Positions 1-8,530 of a stretch of 64,000 nucleotides of DNA are shown in pieces. The stretch lies in NCBI GenBank assembly GCA_944389555.1, contig CALXMU010000002.1, positions 30,271 through 94,270 on the forward strand. Direction: 5' to 3'. How positions within the stretch are numbered: position 1 is the first letter of the stretch; each line of letters opens with the position of its first letter. The notes beneath the pieces are model-generated. The model saw only the letters and a list, made by a program, of their open reading frames with translations. It was not told the origin of the DNA and ran no database searches. The position numbers and the translations under genes were made by a program. The DNA comes from an uncultured Alphaproteobacteria bacterium. Its GTDB lineage: Bacteria > Pseudomonadota > Alphaproteobacteria > Rs-D84.

Positions 1-1
1 A

Positions 2-241
2 ATTCAAGCTATTGACGATAAAAAAGGCCATACGGTTTGTGCCGCTTCGTCAAAAGAAAAGGATTTCAAAGGAAAAGGTTGGAACGTTGCTGGTGCAGAA
101 TTAGTCGGCAAGACGTTCGCAGAACGTGCGGTTAAAGCAAAAATTGCTGACAACTGCTATTTTGATCGTGGTGGTTATCGTTATCACGGTCGCGTAAAGG
201 CTCTGTGCGAAGCTATCCGCGCAGGTGGTGTTAGAATTTAA
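2..241 (+). CDS. rplR: 50S ribosomal protein L18 (5'-truncated by window edge)
   Basis: Frame from position 2 reads ...FDRGGYRYHGRVKALCEAIRAGGVRI*, the L18 C-terminal motif; lies directly upstream of rpsE. Confidence 0.95.
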   Translation: MQAIDDKKGHTVCAASSKEKDFKGKGWNVAGAELVGKTFAERAVKAKIADNCYFDRGGYRYHGRVKALCEAIRAGGVRI

Positions 242-272
242 CCAAAGTGTTCTGAATATACGGAGTTTATAA

Positions 273-833
273 ATGGCACGTTTTGATGATAAAAAATTAC
301 AGACGGATAATTTGGTAGATAAATTAGTTTCTATCAACCGCGTTTCTAAAACGGTAAAAGGTGGACGTAATATGTCTTTCTCGGCCTTGGTTGTGGTCGG
401 TGATAAGGCTGGACGCGTCGGTTTCGGTAAAGGTAAAGCGCTGGAAGTACAAAGCGCAGTGCAAAAGGCTACAAAAGCTGCAAAAGCAAAAATGATTCGC
501 GTTCCTTTGAAAGAAGGTCGTACTTTGCATCATGACGCTTCTGCTAAATATGGTGCAAGTAAATTAGTTGTTCGTAGCGCAGTTCCCGGTACAGGTATAA
601 TTGCAGGTGGTGCGTTGCGTGCAGTATTTGATTGCTTAGGCGTGCAAGACGTCGTCGTGAAGTCTCAGGGGTCAAATAATCCTAATAACATGATCCGTGC
701 TGTGTTCATGGCTTTTGCTAAAATGAACTCACCGAAAACCGTTGCTGCGCGTCGTGGTAAGACAGTTGCAGAAATCATTGCAGGTCGTGACGGTAAAAAA
801 ATTGAAAATAACGAAACTGCAGAAGAAAAATAA
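273..833 (+). CDS. rpsE: 30S ribosomal protein S5
   Basis: [24 protein letters not shown] and GTGIIAGG motifs; spc operon order. Confidence 0.98.
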   Translation: MARFDDKKLQTDNLVDKLVSINRVSKTVKGGRNMSFSALVVVGDKAGRVGFGKGKALEVQSAVQKATKAAKAKMIRVPLKEGRTLHHDASAKYGASKLVVRSAVPGTGIIAGGALRAVFDCLGVQDVVVKSQGSNNPNNMIRAVFMAFAKMNSPKTVAARRGKTVAEIIAGRDGKKIENNETAEEK

Positions 834-869
834 TAGCGGGCTTGCGTCAAAAAAAACGGAGAAAGTATC

Positions 870-1049
870 ATGGCTAAAATAGTTGTTAGACAATATAAAA
901 GTATCGTTGGCCGTCCGACGGCACAGCGCAAGGTCGTTGCTGCGTTAGGATTGGGACGTATCGGAAAAACTAAGGAATTAGAAGATACTCCCGCAGTTCG
1001 CGGTATGGTTGCAAAGGTTTCTCATTTGGTTGAAATCGTTGAAAAATAA
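870..1049 (+). CDS. rpmD: 50S ribosomal protein L30 (missing from ORF track, 59 aa)
   Basis: Translated by hand: [59 protein letters not shown]; sits between rpsE and rplO. Confidence 0.95.
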   Translation: MAKIVVRQYKSIVGRPTAQRKVVAALGLGRIGKTKELEDTPAVRGMVAKVSHLVEIVEK

Positions 1050-1131
1050 ATTTGTTAAACCGAGTACACTAATTTAAGTGTGCGCATAGAATCATATGAA
1101 TTTATGGTTCGCAGGAAAAAGGAAAAATAAA

Positions 1132-1590
1132 ATGAAACTGAATGCTTTGATGGATAATTACGGGGCTCGTGCAAATGCTAAACGCGTAGGACGCGGTATT
1201 GGTAGTGGTATGGGTAAAACTTCTGGTCGTGGTAATAAAGGTCAGAAATCTCGTAGCGGTTCTCGTAAACAAGCTACTTTCCAGGGGGGACAGATGCCGA
1301 TTTTGCGCCGTTTCCCAAAGTTTGGTTTTAATAACCCATTCGCAAAAGAATATGTAACCATCAATTTAGGTGATATTGAAAAGTTTATCGCTGCTGGTAA
1401 AATTGATGCGAAATCACCAATTACAATAGATTCTTTGTTGACAGCAAAAATTGTCAATCGTAAAAAAGACGGTTTGAAAGTTTTAGCTAAGGGTGAAATA
1501 AAATCATCTGTAAATGTCATTGCAGAAAAGTGGTCAAAAGCTGCTGAAGAAGCAATCGTTAAAGCGGGTGGTTCTATTAAAAATAAATAA
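1132..1590 (+). CDS. rplO: 50S ribosomal protein L15
   Basis: KRVGRGIGSGMGKTSGRGNKGQKSRSG motif; start placed at ATG 1132 after a purine-rich RBS. Confidence 0.97.
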   Translation: MKLNALMDNYGARANAKRVGRGIGSGMGKTSGRGNKGQKSRSGSRKQATFQGGQMPILRRFPKFGFNNPFAKEYVTINLGDIEKFIAAGKIDAKSPITIDSLLTAKIVNRKKDGLKVLAKGEIKSSVNVIAEKWSKAAEEAIVKAGGSIKNK

Positions 1591-1647
1591 AAATATATTT
1601 GTATCCAGTTTTTACTGGATACAGATGATAATTAAAAGTTCGTTCAT

Positions 1648-2964
1648 ATGAAATTTTTGAGAGAATTTTTTGGAAATATGTCCGATTTGCAGAAGCGCAT
1701 TCTTTTTACTTTGGGGGCGCTGATTGTATATCGTATCGGTTCTTTTATTCCATTACCGGGGGTAAATGCTTCTGCTGTCTTGCATCTGTTTACAGGTGAA
1801 GGTAGCGGTATGATGGGAATGTTTGATATGTTTGCTGGCGGTTCTTTATCACGTATGTCCGTCTTAGCGTTAAACATTTTCCCGTATATCTCTGCTTCCA
1901 TCGTATTACAATTGTTGACGGCTACAAGTAAATCATTAAACGAACTTCGTAAAGAAGGCGAATCTGGGCGTATTAAAATTAACCAGTATACCAGGTATTT
2001 AGCGGTATTTTTGGCCGTGGTACAAGGGTGGGCTGTTGTGCGTGGTTTGGAATCAATGGCACCTGTTAATGGTGTGGCTGCTGTTGTAAACCCAGGTTTT
2101 TCTTTTGAATTGACCGCAATAATTGCTTTGGTTGGTGGAACTGTTTTTGTTATGTGGTTGGCAGAACAGATTACCGCACGTGGTATCGGGCAAGGCGCGT
2201 CTTTGCTTATCTTTGCCGGTATAATAGCGCAGGTTCCAAGTGGAGTGGCTCAATTGTTCTCTTTGGGGTCTGTGGGACAGATTTCTCCGGCTATGATTGC
2301 CCTAATCGTCGCTTTTGTTGTAGGTATCATCGCTTTAATCGCTTTCTTTGAACAGGCACAACGTCGTATTCAAATACTTTACCCTCGTCAAGTTATGGCG
2401 AATGGTGTTATGAATACGAACGCGTCTTATTTACCGATAAAAGTAAATATGTCTGGCGTTATGGGACCTGTTTTCGCGGCAAGTATTATGATGCTGCCCG
2501 CTTTTGTACAACGTTTCGTACAAAGTGAAAACCCAATAGTACAATCTGTAATGGGATTCTTTACGTATGGTACGTGGTCTTATATCATAACTTATACGAT
2601 ATTGATTGCGTTCTTTGCGTATTTCCAAACTGCCGTTATATTTAATTCTGAAGAAACTTCAACAAATCTTAAAAATGCTGGCGGTTATATTCCAGGCGTT
2701 CGCCCAGGTGAACAAACTATGCATTATTTAGATTCCGTCGTTTCTCGTACAACGGCAATAGGCGTTCTTTATCTAGTTGTCGTATGCGTGGTTCCTATCA
2801 TATTAAACTCTCATATGGGAATGCCTTTGACAATTGGTGGAACAAGTGTATTGATCGTTGCTGGTGTGGTTCTGGATACGATGAATCAGGTTCAGTCATA
2901 TTTGGTGGCGAAACAATATAAAAGTGTGATTAAAAAAGCACAGAAGAAGGGGCGTTTCCGTTAA
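1648..2964 (+). CDS. secY: Preprotein translocase subunit SecY
   Basis: LIVYRIGSFIPLPG, ALNIFPYISASI, GGYIPGVRPG motifs; multi-TM. Confidence 0.98.
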   Translation: MKFLREFFGNMSDLQKRILFTLGALIVYRIGSFIPLPGVNASAVLHLFTGEGSGMMGMFDMFAGGSLSRMSVLALNIFPYISASIVLQLLTATSKSLNELRKEGESGRIKINQYTRYLAVFLAVVQGWAVVRGLESMAPVNGVAAVVNPGFSFELTAIIALVGGTVFVMWLAEQITARGIGQGASLLIFAGIIAQVPSGVAQLFSLGSVGQISPAMIALIVAFVVGIIALIAFFEQAQRRIQILYPRQVMANGVMNTNASYLPIKVNMSGVMGPVFAASIMMLPAFVQRFVQSENPIVQSVMGFFTYGTWSYIITYTILIAFFAYFQTAVIFNSEETSTNLKNAGGYIPGVRPGEQTMHYLDSVVSRTTAIGVLYLVVVCVVPIILNSHMGMPLTIGGTSVLIVAGVVLDTMNQVQSYLVAKQYKSVIKKAQKKGRFR

Positions 2965-3004
2965 AAGGTATTCATTAAAATATCAACGTGAAACGAAACA
3001 AAAT

Positions 3005-3032
3005 TTGACTTTTGCGGCATTTTTTATAAAAT
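3005..3032 (+). promoter_or_regulatory. sigma70-like promoter for rpsM-rpsK
   Basis: TTGACT-N16-TAAAAT about 105 bp upstream of rpsM. Confidence 0.55.
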
Positions 3033-3136
3033 AGTGCAGCAGAATGAAATACGCGTCTGAATCTAATGATGGAACAGAGGCGTTCGTATCGGTCACGATT
3101 TTCGTAGACCGCAGTAAATAAAAAGGGAAATGAAAA

Positions 3137-3514
3137 ATGGCACGTATAGCAGGTGTTAACATTCCGACAGAAAAGCGCATTGAAATTGCGTTGCAGTACA
3201 TTCATGGTATTGGACCAGCCAAAGCGGCTCAGATTTGCCAAGCTTTGAAGTTGAAAGATGGTTTGCGCGCAAAAGACTTGACTGACGAGGATGTTGTTAA
3301 AATTTCGAATTATATCGAACAAAACTTTAAAGTAGAAGGTGACGTCCGTCGTGAAGTCGCAATGAATATCAAACGTCTGCAAGATTTGAAGACGTATCGC
3401 GGTATTCGTCATCGTAACCGTTTACCAGTTCGCGGTCAACGTACTCAGACTAACGCTCGTACTCGTAAGGGTAAGCGCGTCGTAGTTGCTGGTTCCGCAG
3501 TAAAGGGTAAATAA
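3137..3514 (+). CDS. rpsM: 30S ribosomal protein S13
   Basis: [36 protein letters not shown]. Confidence 0.98.
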   Translation: MARIAGVNIPTEKRIEIALQYIHGIGPAKAAQICQALKLKDGLRAKDLTDEDVVKISNYIEQNFKVEGDVRREVAMNIKRLQDLKTYRGIRHRNRLPVRGQRTQTNARTRKGKRVVVAGSAVKGK

Positions 3515-3574
3515 TTTAACAAAGGTAGAGATTAACACGATAGTTAATTGAAGACATCTAAAAAGGTAAAAATA

Positions 3575-3958
3575 ATGGCAGTTACAAAAGCTAAAAAGAA
3601 AGTCGTAAAGAAAGTATCACATGGCATAGCTCACGTGGTCGCGACGAATAACAATACTCGTATTACAATCACTGATCAGTCAGGTGCCGTTTTGACATGG
3701 GCAACCGCTGGGGCAAATAACTTTAAGGGTGCAAAAAAGTCTACACCATATGCTGCAACTGTTGTTGCTGATGCGGTAGGTAAAAAAGTTGCCGAAATGG
3801 GAATGAAGACAGTTGACGTCTTGATGCGCGGTATTGGGCAAGGTCGTGAATCTGCTGTCCGCGGGTTGGCAAATGCTGGTTTAATCGTTCAATCTATTAC
3901 AGATACGACTCGCATTCCTCATAACGGCTGCCGTCCGAAAAAAGTACGTCGTGTTTAA
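3575..3958 (+). CDS. rpsK: 30S ribosomal protein S11
   Basis: FKGAKKSTPYAA, GQGRESAVR, IPHNGCRPKKVRRV; start placed at ATG 3575. Confidence 0.97.
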   Translation: MAVTKAKKKVVKKVSHGIAHVVATNNNTRITITDQSGAVLTWATAGANNFKGAKKSTPYAATVVADAVGKKVAEMGMKTVDVLMRGIGQGRESAVRGLANAGLIVQSITDTTRIPHNGCRPKKVRRV

Positions 3959-3965
3959 GGACAAT

Positions 3966-3996
3966 AAAAAAATCTGCCATATGGCAGATTTTTTTT
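3966..3996. terminator. Bidirectional intrinsic terminator
   Basis: A-tract/ATCTGCC-ATAT-GGCAGAT/T-tract between convergent rpsK and the 4052 gene. Confidence 0.85.
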
Positions 3997-4051
3997 CAGC
4001 TTTTTATAACTTAAAAATAAAAATGCTCGGAAAGAGCATTTTCATTTTTCA

Positions 4052-4456
4052 TTATCGGGCGCATGTCCCACAATGAGGATTAGGGGCGTCAATAAAACGA
4101 CGTGTAGCATAGGTGCCAGCAGGTTTATATGTAACAACTGGCTGATATACTTGATAATGGTCGATGACTTCTGTATATGTTTTTACACGAACTGGCGCCA
4201 TTTTTTTAGGTGCTGGTTTTGCGCAATCACATTTGCGAGCCACTTCTAATGATGTTGCATAACGACATGGCACCGGTTTCGCAATAATAGGTTTCGGTGC
4301 TGGTGCAATATATGCATCGTCATAATATTTTACTGTGTTAATAGAAATTTTTTCGCATGTTTTAACGGTTTCTTGTTCAACGTAACCGTCTGCATACGCA
4401 TTTATACAGGCGCCGACGGCACACGCAAAAAGTCCAAGTAAAAATATTTTTTTCAT
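4052..4456 (-). CDS. Hypothetical secreted protein or lipoprotein (134 aa)
   Basis: Start at ATG 4456: MKKIFLLGLFACAVGAC signal with possible VGAC lipobox; Pro/Lys-rich linker and several Cys; TTGACA-N16-TACTAT upstream on the minus strand. Confidence 0.7.
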   Translation of the reverse strand: MKKIFLLGLFACAVGACINAYADGYVEQETVKTCEKISINTVKYYDDAYIAPAPKPIIAKPVPCRYATSLEVARKCDCAKPAPKKMAPVRVKTYTEVIDHYQVYQPVVTYKPAGTYATRRFIDAPNPHCGTCAR

Positions 4457-4574
4457 ATTGTACCTTTTTCTTTGCCTCTCTCTTTCAAGATAGTAATACA
4501 TTTTTATGGTTTGTCAATGTTATTTAGTCGTTCTGTAAAATGAGAGGATTTGTGCTTGATATAGCAATAATTGT

Positions 4575-4603
4575 TTGACTTTTGAGGATTTGTGCTATAA
4601 AAT
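4575..4603 (+). promoter_or_regulatory. sigma70-like promoter for rpoA
   Basis: TTGACT-N17-TAAAAT, with an overlapping TG-C-TATAAA extended -10 alternative. Confidence 0.55.
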
Positions 4604-4677
4604 TCGCGGGCGCGTTAGGGATAATTCTGGCGTGCCGCATTGGCGAAAATGATAAACTAAGCCGAATGGAGGTTTTT

Positions 4678-5706
4678 ATGATTGAAAAAAACTGGGTTAC
4701 TTTGATTAAACCCAAAAAACTGAACATCAAAGTTGATGAACACAATCCAAATCAGGCAACTTTAATTGCAGAACCTTTGGAAAAAGGGTTCGGTTTGACG
4801 TTGGGGACTGCTTTGCGTCGCGTTTTGTTGTCTTCTTTGCAAGGTTGCGCACCGATTTATATTAAAATAGACGGGGTTCAGCACGAATTTTCTAGCATTT
4901 CTGGTGTACGCGAAGACGTTACAGATATTATATTAAATTTAAAGGGCGTTTATTTCAAAGCTTTGACAGAAGGTCAACATAAAGCATATTTGAAAGTGAA
5001 AGGTCCTGCCGTCGTTACTGCTGGGATGATTGAAACGTCAGGTGGTGTAGAAGTTATGAACAAAGATGCGGAAATTTGCACTTTGGATAACGGCGCAAAC
5101 TTAGATATGGAAATTACTTTATCAACAGGTCGCGGTTATGTTCCTGCATCTGCACATGCCGATGGTCTGCCATTAGGGGTTATACCGGTTGATTCAATCT
5201 TTTCACCGATTTTGAATGTTTCTACGGAAGTTTCAGAAACTCGTGTTGGTCAGAGTACTGATTACGATAAATTGGAAATGGTCGTTAAAACAAACGGTTC
5301 TGTTTCCCCAGAAGATGCAATCGCTTTTGCTGCACGTATTTTGACGGATCAATTGGTTGTATTCATCAATTTTGAAGATCCTGCTCAGATAAACGCGCCA
5401 GCCGAAGAAGAAAAGGCAAAAGACGCGTTGCCGTTCGACCCGAAATTGTTAAAGCATGTTGATGAATTAGAACTGTCTGTTCGCGCAAACAATTGCTTAA
5501 AGAACGATAAGATAAATTGGTTGGGCGAATTGGTTCAAAAGACAGAAGCTGATATGTTGAAAACACCTAACTTTGGGCGTAAGTCTTTGAATGAAATCAA
5601 AGTTCAACTTGAAGCGATGGGATTAAGTTTGGGTATGGAAGTACCGGGTTGGCCACCAGAAAATATTGCTGAATTGGCTAAAAAGTATGAGGACCCATAT
5701 AAGTAA
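4678..5706 (+). CDS. rpoA: RNA polymerase subunit alpha
   Basis: [45 protein letters not shown]; GGAGGT RBS before ATG 4678. Confidence 0.98.
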   Translation: MIEKNWVTLIKPKKLNIKVDEHNPNQATLIAEPLEKGFGLTLGTALRRVLLSSLQGCAPIYIKIDGVQHEFSSISGVREDVTDIILNLKGVYFKALTEGQHKAYLKVKGPAVVTAGMIETSGGVEVMNKDAEICTLDNGANLDMEITLSTGRGYVPASAHADGLPLGVIPVDSIFSPILNVSTEVSETRVGQSTDYDKLEMVVKTNGSVSPEDAIAFAARILTDQLVVFINFEDPAQINAPAEEEKAKDALPFDPKLLKHVDELELSVRANNCLKNDKINWLGELVQKTEADMLKTPNFGRKSLNEIKVQLEAMGLSLGMEVPGWPPENIAELAKKYEDPYK

Positions 5707-5841
5707 ATTTAACTTTACAAAAACCATGCGATTGATATAATCGCATGGTAAAAAAATCCGTGTTACTGAAAGAAATTTTAGGATGCGGCGTCTCAAAAAT
5801 CCCCGTAGAATGTGCGGGGCGGAAACAAAAAGGAGTAATCG

Positions 5842-6387
5842 ATGAGACATATGAAAGCAGGTCGCACTTTTAATCGCGACACAAACGCTCGTAAGGCATT
5901 GTTTATTGGCCTGGCGAAAAATTTAATTGAAAAAGAACAGATTAAAACGACTTTGCCGAAAGCAAAAGATTTACGTGGTGTCGTTGAGAAATTGATTACC
6001 CGCGCGAAGGTTGATACTGTTGCTAATCGTCGTTTGATTGCAAGTGAATTAGGTAACAATTCTGCGGAAACTGTTAAAAAGTTATTCACTGTTTTGGGAC
6101 CGCGTTATGCCAAACGTCCTGGTGGATACACCCGCGTATTAAAGGCCGGTTTCCGTTATGGTGACGCTGCGCCGATGGCTATTATTGAATTGGTTGACCG
6201 TGATGTGAACGCGAAAAAGGTTGTAAAACCAGCCGCCACCACGGAAGACAAGGCGACAGAAAAGTCCGCGGACAAGGCGCCGAAACAAGAAAAGACCACT
6301 AAAGCACCTGCGGCCAAGGCCGACAAGGATGCCGATGCGGCAAAAGAAAAAAAGCCGGCGACAAAACGTCGCAGCGCGGCAAAATAA
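5842..6387 (+). CDS. rplQ: 50S ribosomal protein L17 with Lys/Ala/Asp-rich C-terminal tail
   Basis: [31 protein letters not shown]. Confidence 0.97.
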   Translation: MRHMKAGRTFNRDTNARKALFIGLAKNLIEKEQIKTTLPKAKDLRGVVEKLITRAKVDTVANRRLIASELGNNSAETVKKLFTVLGPRYAKRPGGYTRVLKAGFRYGDAAPMAIIELVDRDVNAKKVVKPAATTEDKATEKSADKAPKQEKTTKAPAAKADKDADAAKEKKPATKRRSAAK

Positions 6388-6414
6388 AAAACGGGGCATT
6401 GCCCCGTTTTTTTT
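6386..6414 (+). terminator. Intrinsic terminator after rplQ
   Basis: AAAAACGGGGC-ATT-GCCCCGTTTTTTTT. Confidence 0.85.
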
Positions 6415-6570
6415 ATGGAATAGATAACAGAGTTTATATATTATCTGCGACCATTTTGGCGCAGTACTTTTTTATTTGTTGAATTGCCACGTGGTGCGAA
6501 ATTGCAAGTTTATAAATAGTAAAATCGACTTTGTGGTTGATTTAATCGTTGTGTATGATAACATACAAAC

Positions 6571-6769
6571 GTCAGTGGGTGTTCCATTGACGGGGTGTAG
6601 TAGCCCTTTGTAATTGTCAGAGATGACATAAAATATCGCCTCCACAATTTAGGTTGGAGGGTTGTGAATATCACGAATAAACAACACTATTATTACAATA
6701 GCTACTAACCTCCAACCACCTGAACTTTTTGGTGGTTTTTTCATTCGCAATGAAAAAAGGAGGTTTAGA
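6571..6769 (+). promoter_or_regulatory. Structured 5' leader / attenuator-like element, copy A
   Basis: Hairpin GTCAGTGG-GTGTT-CCATTGAC; GGTTGGAGG (6652-6660) complementary to CCTCCAACC (6709-6717); terminator AACCACC...GGTGGTT-TTTT; homologous to 25004-25212. Confidence 0.75.
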
Positions 6770-7192
6770 ATGAAAAAACATTTAATAATCGTCGGCATAA
6801 TTTGTGCGGCATCAATCCCACCAGCGTATGCAGTCACAAAATGCGTAAAACTAACGTCATCAACAACGTGTACAAGTTACTCTGGCGCGGTCGGTCAGTC
6901 AAATTGGTCAATGACCTGTGGCGGTATAGAAATTCAGGGTGTTGCATTTTGCAGTTCTCAAGATGGTGGTTCAAAGGGTACAATATCCGAAACTGTCACG
7001 ACCATTTCAACCAGTGACTATAACAAACATTGTTGGTGCAAAATGGTTTCACCCGCGGTTTCGTCGTGGGTGTTCAACAACTCGCGCCCGTCCGCCGGCT
7101 CTTGCGCGTACGCTTGCGCGGGCAGCTGTGCGTCCGCCGCTCGGGACTTTGCGTCTTTCCGGTCGGGGCTGTTTAGTGGACTATCTGACTAA
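6770..7192 (+). CDS. Small secreted Cys-rich protein with putative DGR-type variable C-terminus
   Basis: Signal peptide MKKHLIIVGIICAASIPPAYA; HCWCKMVSPAVSSW then CAxxCAxxCA; AGGAGG RBS. Confidence 0.85.
   Translation: MKKHLIIVGIICAASIPPAYAVTKCVKLTSSTTCTSYSGAVGQSNWSMTCGGIEIQGVAFCSSQDGGSKGTISETVTTISTSDYNKHCWCKMVSPAVSSWVFNNSRPSAGSCAYACAGSCASAARDFASFRSGLFSGLSD
7052..7174 (+). other. Putative DGR variable region (VR)
   Basis: Only 7 adenines in 123 nt, all at codon positions 1-2 of NNC codons and none at position 3; NNC/NNT codons alternate with TGY GCG codons. Confidence 0.6.
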
Positions 7193-7204
7193 ACGGGGGC
7201 GAAT

Positions 7205-7483
7205 ATGAAACGAATATTTATTTTAATTATGGCGATTGCGCCGATTGGCGCATTTGCCGCCGCACCGTCAACGTCGTGTCCCGCTGGATATGTTACCGTG
7301 GTGGAAGAATATATGGAAATCGCGAACAGCACGTGTCCCGCTGGATATACATCCGCCGGCGTGGCGGACAGTTGTCTGGCGTCGTCACCAGCCGGTTCGT
7401 GCATAATGTATGCGCCAACCGGGGTAACTTATACCGACAGCAGTGGTTCATATGAATTTACGTCCGCCTGTCCATTGGAATAA
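7205..7483 (+). CDS. Small secreted Cys-rich protein with duplicated CPAGY motif
   Basis: Signal peptide MKRIFILIMAIAPIGAFA; starts 12 bp after the 6770 gene; exact 16-bp repeat at 7276-7291 and 7333-7348. Confidence 0.8.
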   Translation: MKRIFILIMAIAPIGAFAAAPSTSCPAGYVTVVEEYMEIANSTCPAGYTSAGVADSCLASSPAGSCIMYAPTGVTYTDSSGSYEFTSACPLE

Positions 7484-7484
7484 G

Positions 7485-7508
7485 CAAAACGCCCAAATGG
7501 GCGTTTTG
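7485..7508. terminator. Bidirectional intrinsic terminator
   Basis: CAAAACGCCC-AAAT-GGGCGTTTTG between convergent genes. Confidence 0.8.
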
Positions 7509-8369
7509 TTATCTGGTACGTTGTAATATCACAATCATTTCTGAATTGACATTTGTTTTGTCTTTGCGTATGCAGCCAATACGAGCCCAGCGTTTGAATT
7601 TTTTTACAGCATCACGATATGCCGTAATTTTGTGCGCTATACCCCAGTTGCCGGTTTGGGCTATTATCGTGCCACCCGGACGGACGTGGTTGCGCAACGA
7701 CGCCAATGTCTGGTGTATTTGTTGCGGGGTCATATATTCAAATATATTTGACAGATTTATTGTATCGTATTCACCGATCAGATGTGTGTGCAATGATTTT
7801 ATATCCGACCATATGAATTTGAACGGTTCGTGTATTTTGTTACGCATTTGGGCATATTCGTCGTCTGTTGGTACAATATTCGCATAGTACGACGGGTTTA
7901 ATCCGTTACTGAATATGGGATAATCCGCCATTTGCTTTATAAAATATGCGCTGTTTTGCGGAATGTCATCAATCAATGTTCCGATTTGCTTTATATCCGA
8001 TGCGCGATGTGCGGTATGCATATCGGACAACAGCTGTATATATTCCGCACGGGATAATTTCTTTAACGCAGCGGTTTTAATGTCCATTGCCGCTTTGGCA
8101 CAGAAAGACAGGTCGAATGTATCGATTTTTGTTGCGCCGCGCATAGCATAAAACATAGGATGATCACCAGACGCCGCAACGGTCAAAACGCGCGGACCGT
8201 CATTTTTTGTCAGTTCCGATACCCAACGAATATCTTCGTTTGTCAGGACGTACGACGGGGAATAGTTTGAAAAGCCCAACATTTGATTATAAAATGTTGT
8301 GCCGTTCCCGCCGATAATGTATTCAGCGTGGGCATTGTCAATATTTAATCTTGGTGTTGCGTATTTCAT
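7509..8369 (-). CDS. Class I SAM-dependent transferase-like protein (DUF3419/BtaA-like)
   Basis: RVLTVAASGD Gly-loop, IDTFD, YDTINLSNIFEYM, VRPGGTII; family assignment by eye. Confidence 0.6.
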   Translation of the reverse strand: MKYATPRLNIDNAHAEYIIGGNGTTFYNQMLGFSNYSPSYVLTNEDIRWVSELTKNDGPRVLTVAASGDHPMFYAMRGATKIDTFDLSFCAKAAMDIKTAALKKLSRAEYIQLLSDMHTAHRASDIKQIGTLIDDIPQNSAYFIKQMADYPIFSNGLNPSYYANIVPTDDEYAQMRNKIHEPFKFIWSDIKSLHTHLIGEYDTINLSNIFEYMTPQQIHQTLASLRNHVRPGGTIIAQTGNWGIAHKITAYRDAVKKFKRWARIGCIRKDKTNVNSEMIVILQRTR

Positions 8370-8530
8370 TTCGCTCCCTCAGTTATTCTTTACTCAATAT
8401 TATATAGTACAAAATAACCGATTGTCAATATCTGGCGTTTTTTATGTTAAAAATATAATTGCGACAGAAAAAATGCTTTCAATAAATTCATTAAATGTGA
8501 TAAAATCTGATAAATAGGAAGGGCCTTTTT

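Noticed and set aside
6623-6631. Minimal uORFs ATG-ACA-TAA (copy A) and ATG-CGT-TAG (copy B, 25058-25066), both in a leader hairpin
   Set aside because: Suggestive position, but no consistent RBS and such triplets arise easily by chance; needs more copies before it can be claimed
6664-6708. Possible Tyr-rich leader peptide (VNITNKQHYYYNSY)
   Set aside because: SD-to-GTG spacing is too short, copy B has no Tyr cluster, and the downstream gene is unrelated to tyrosine metabolism
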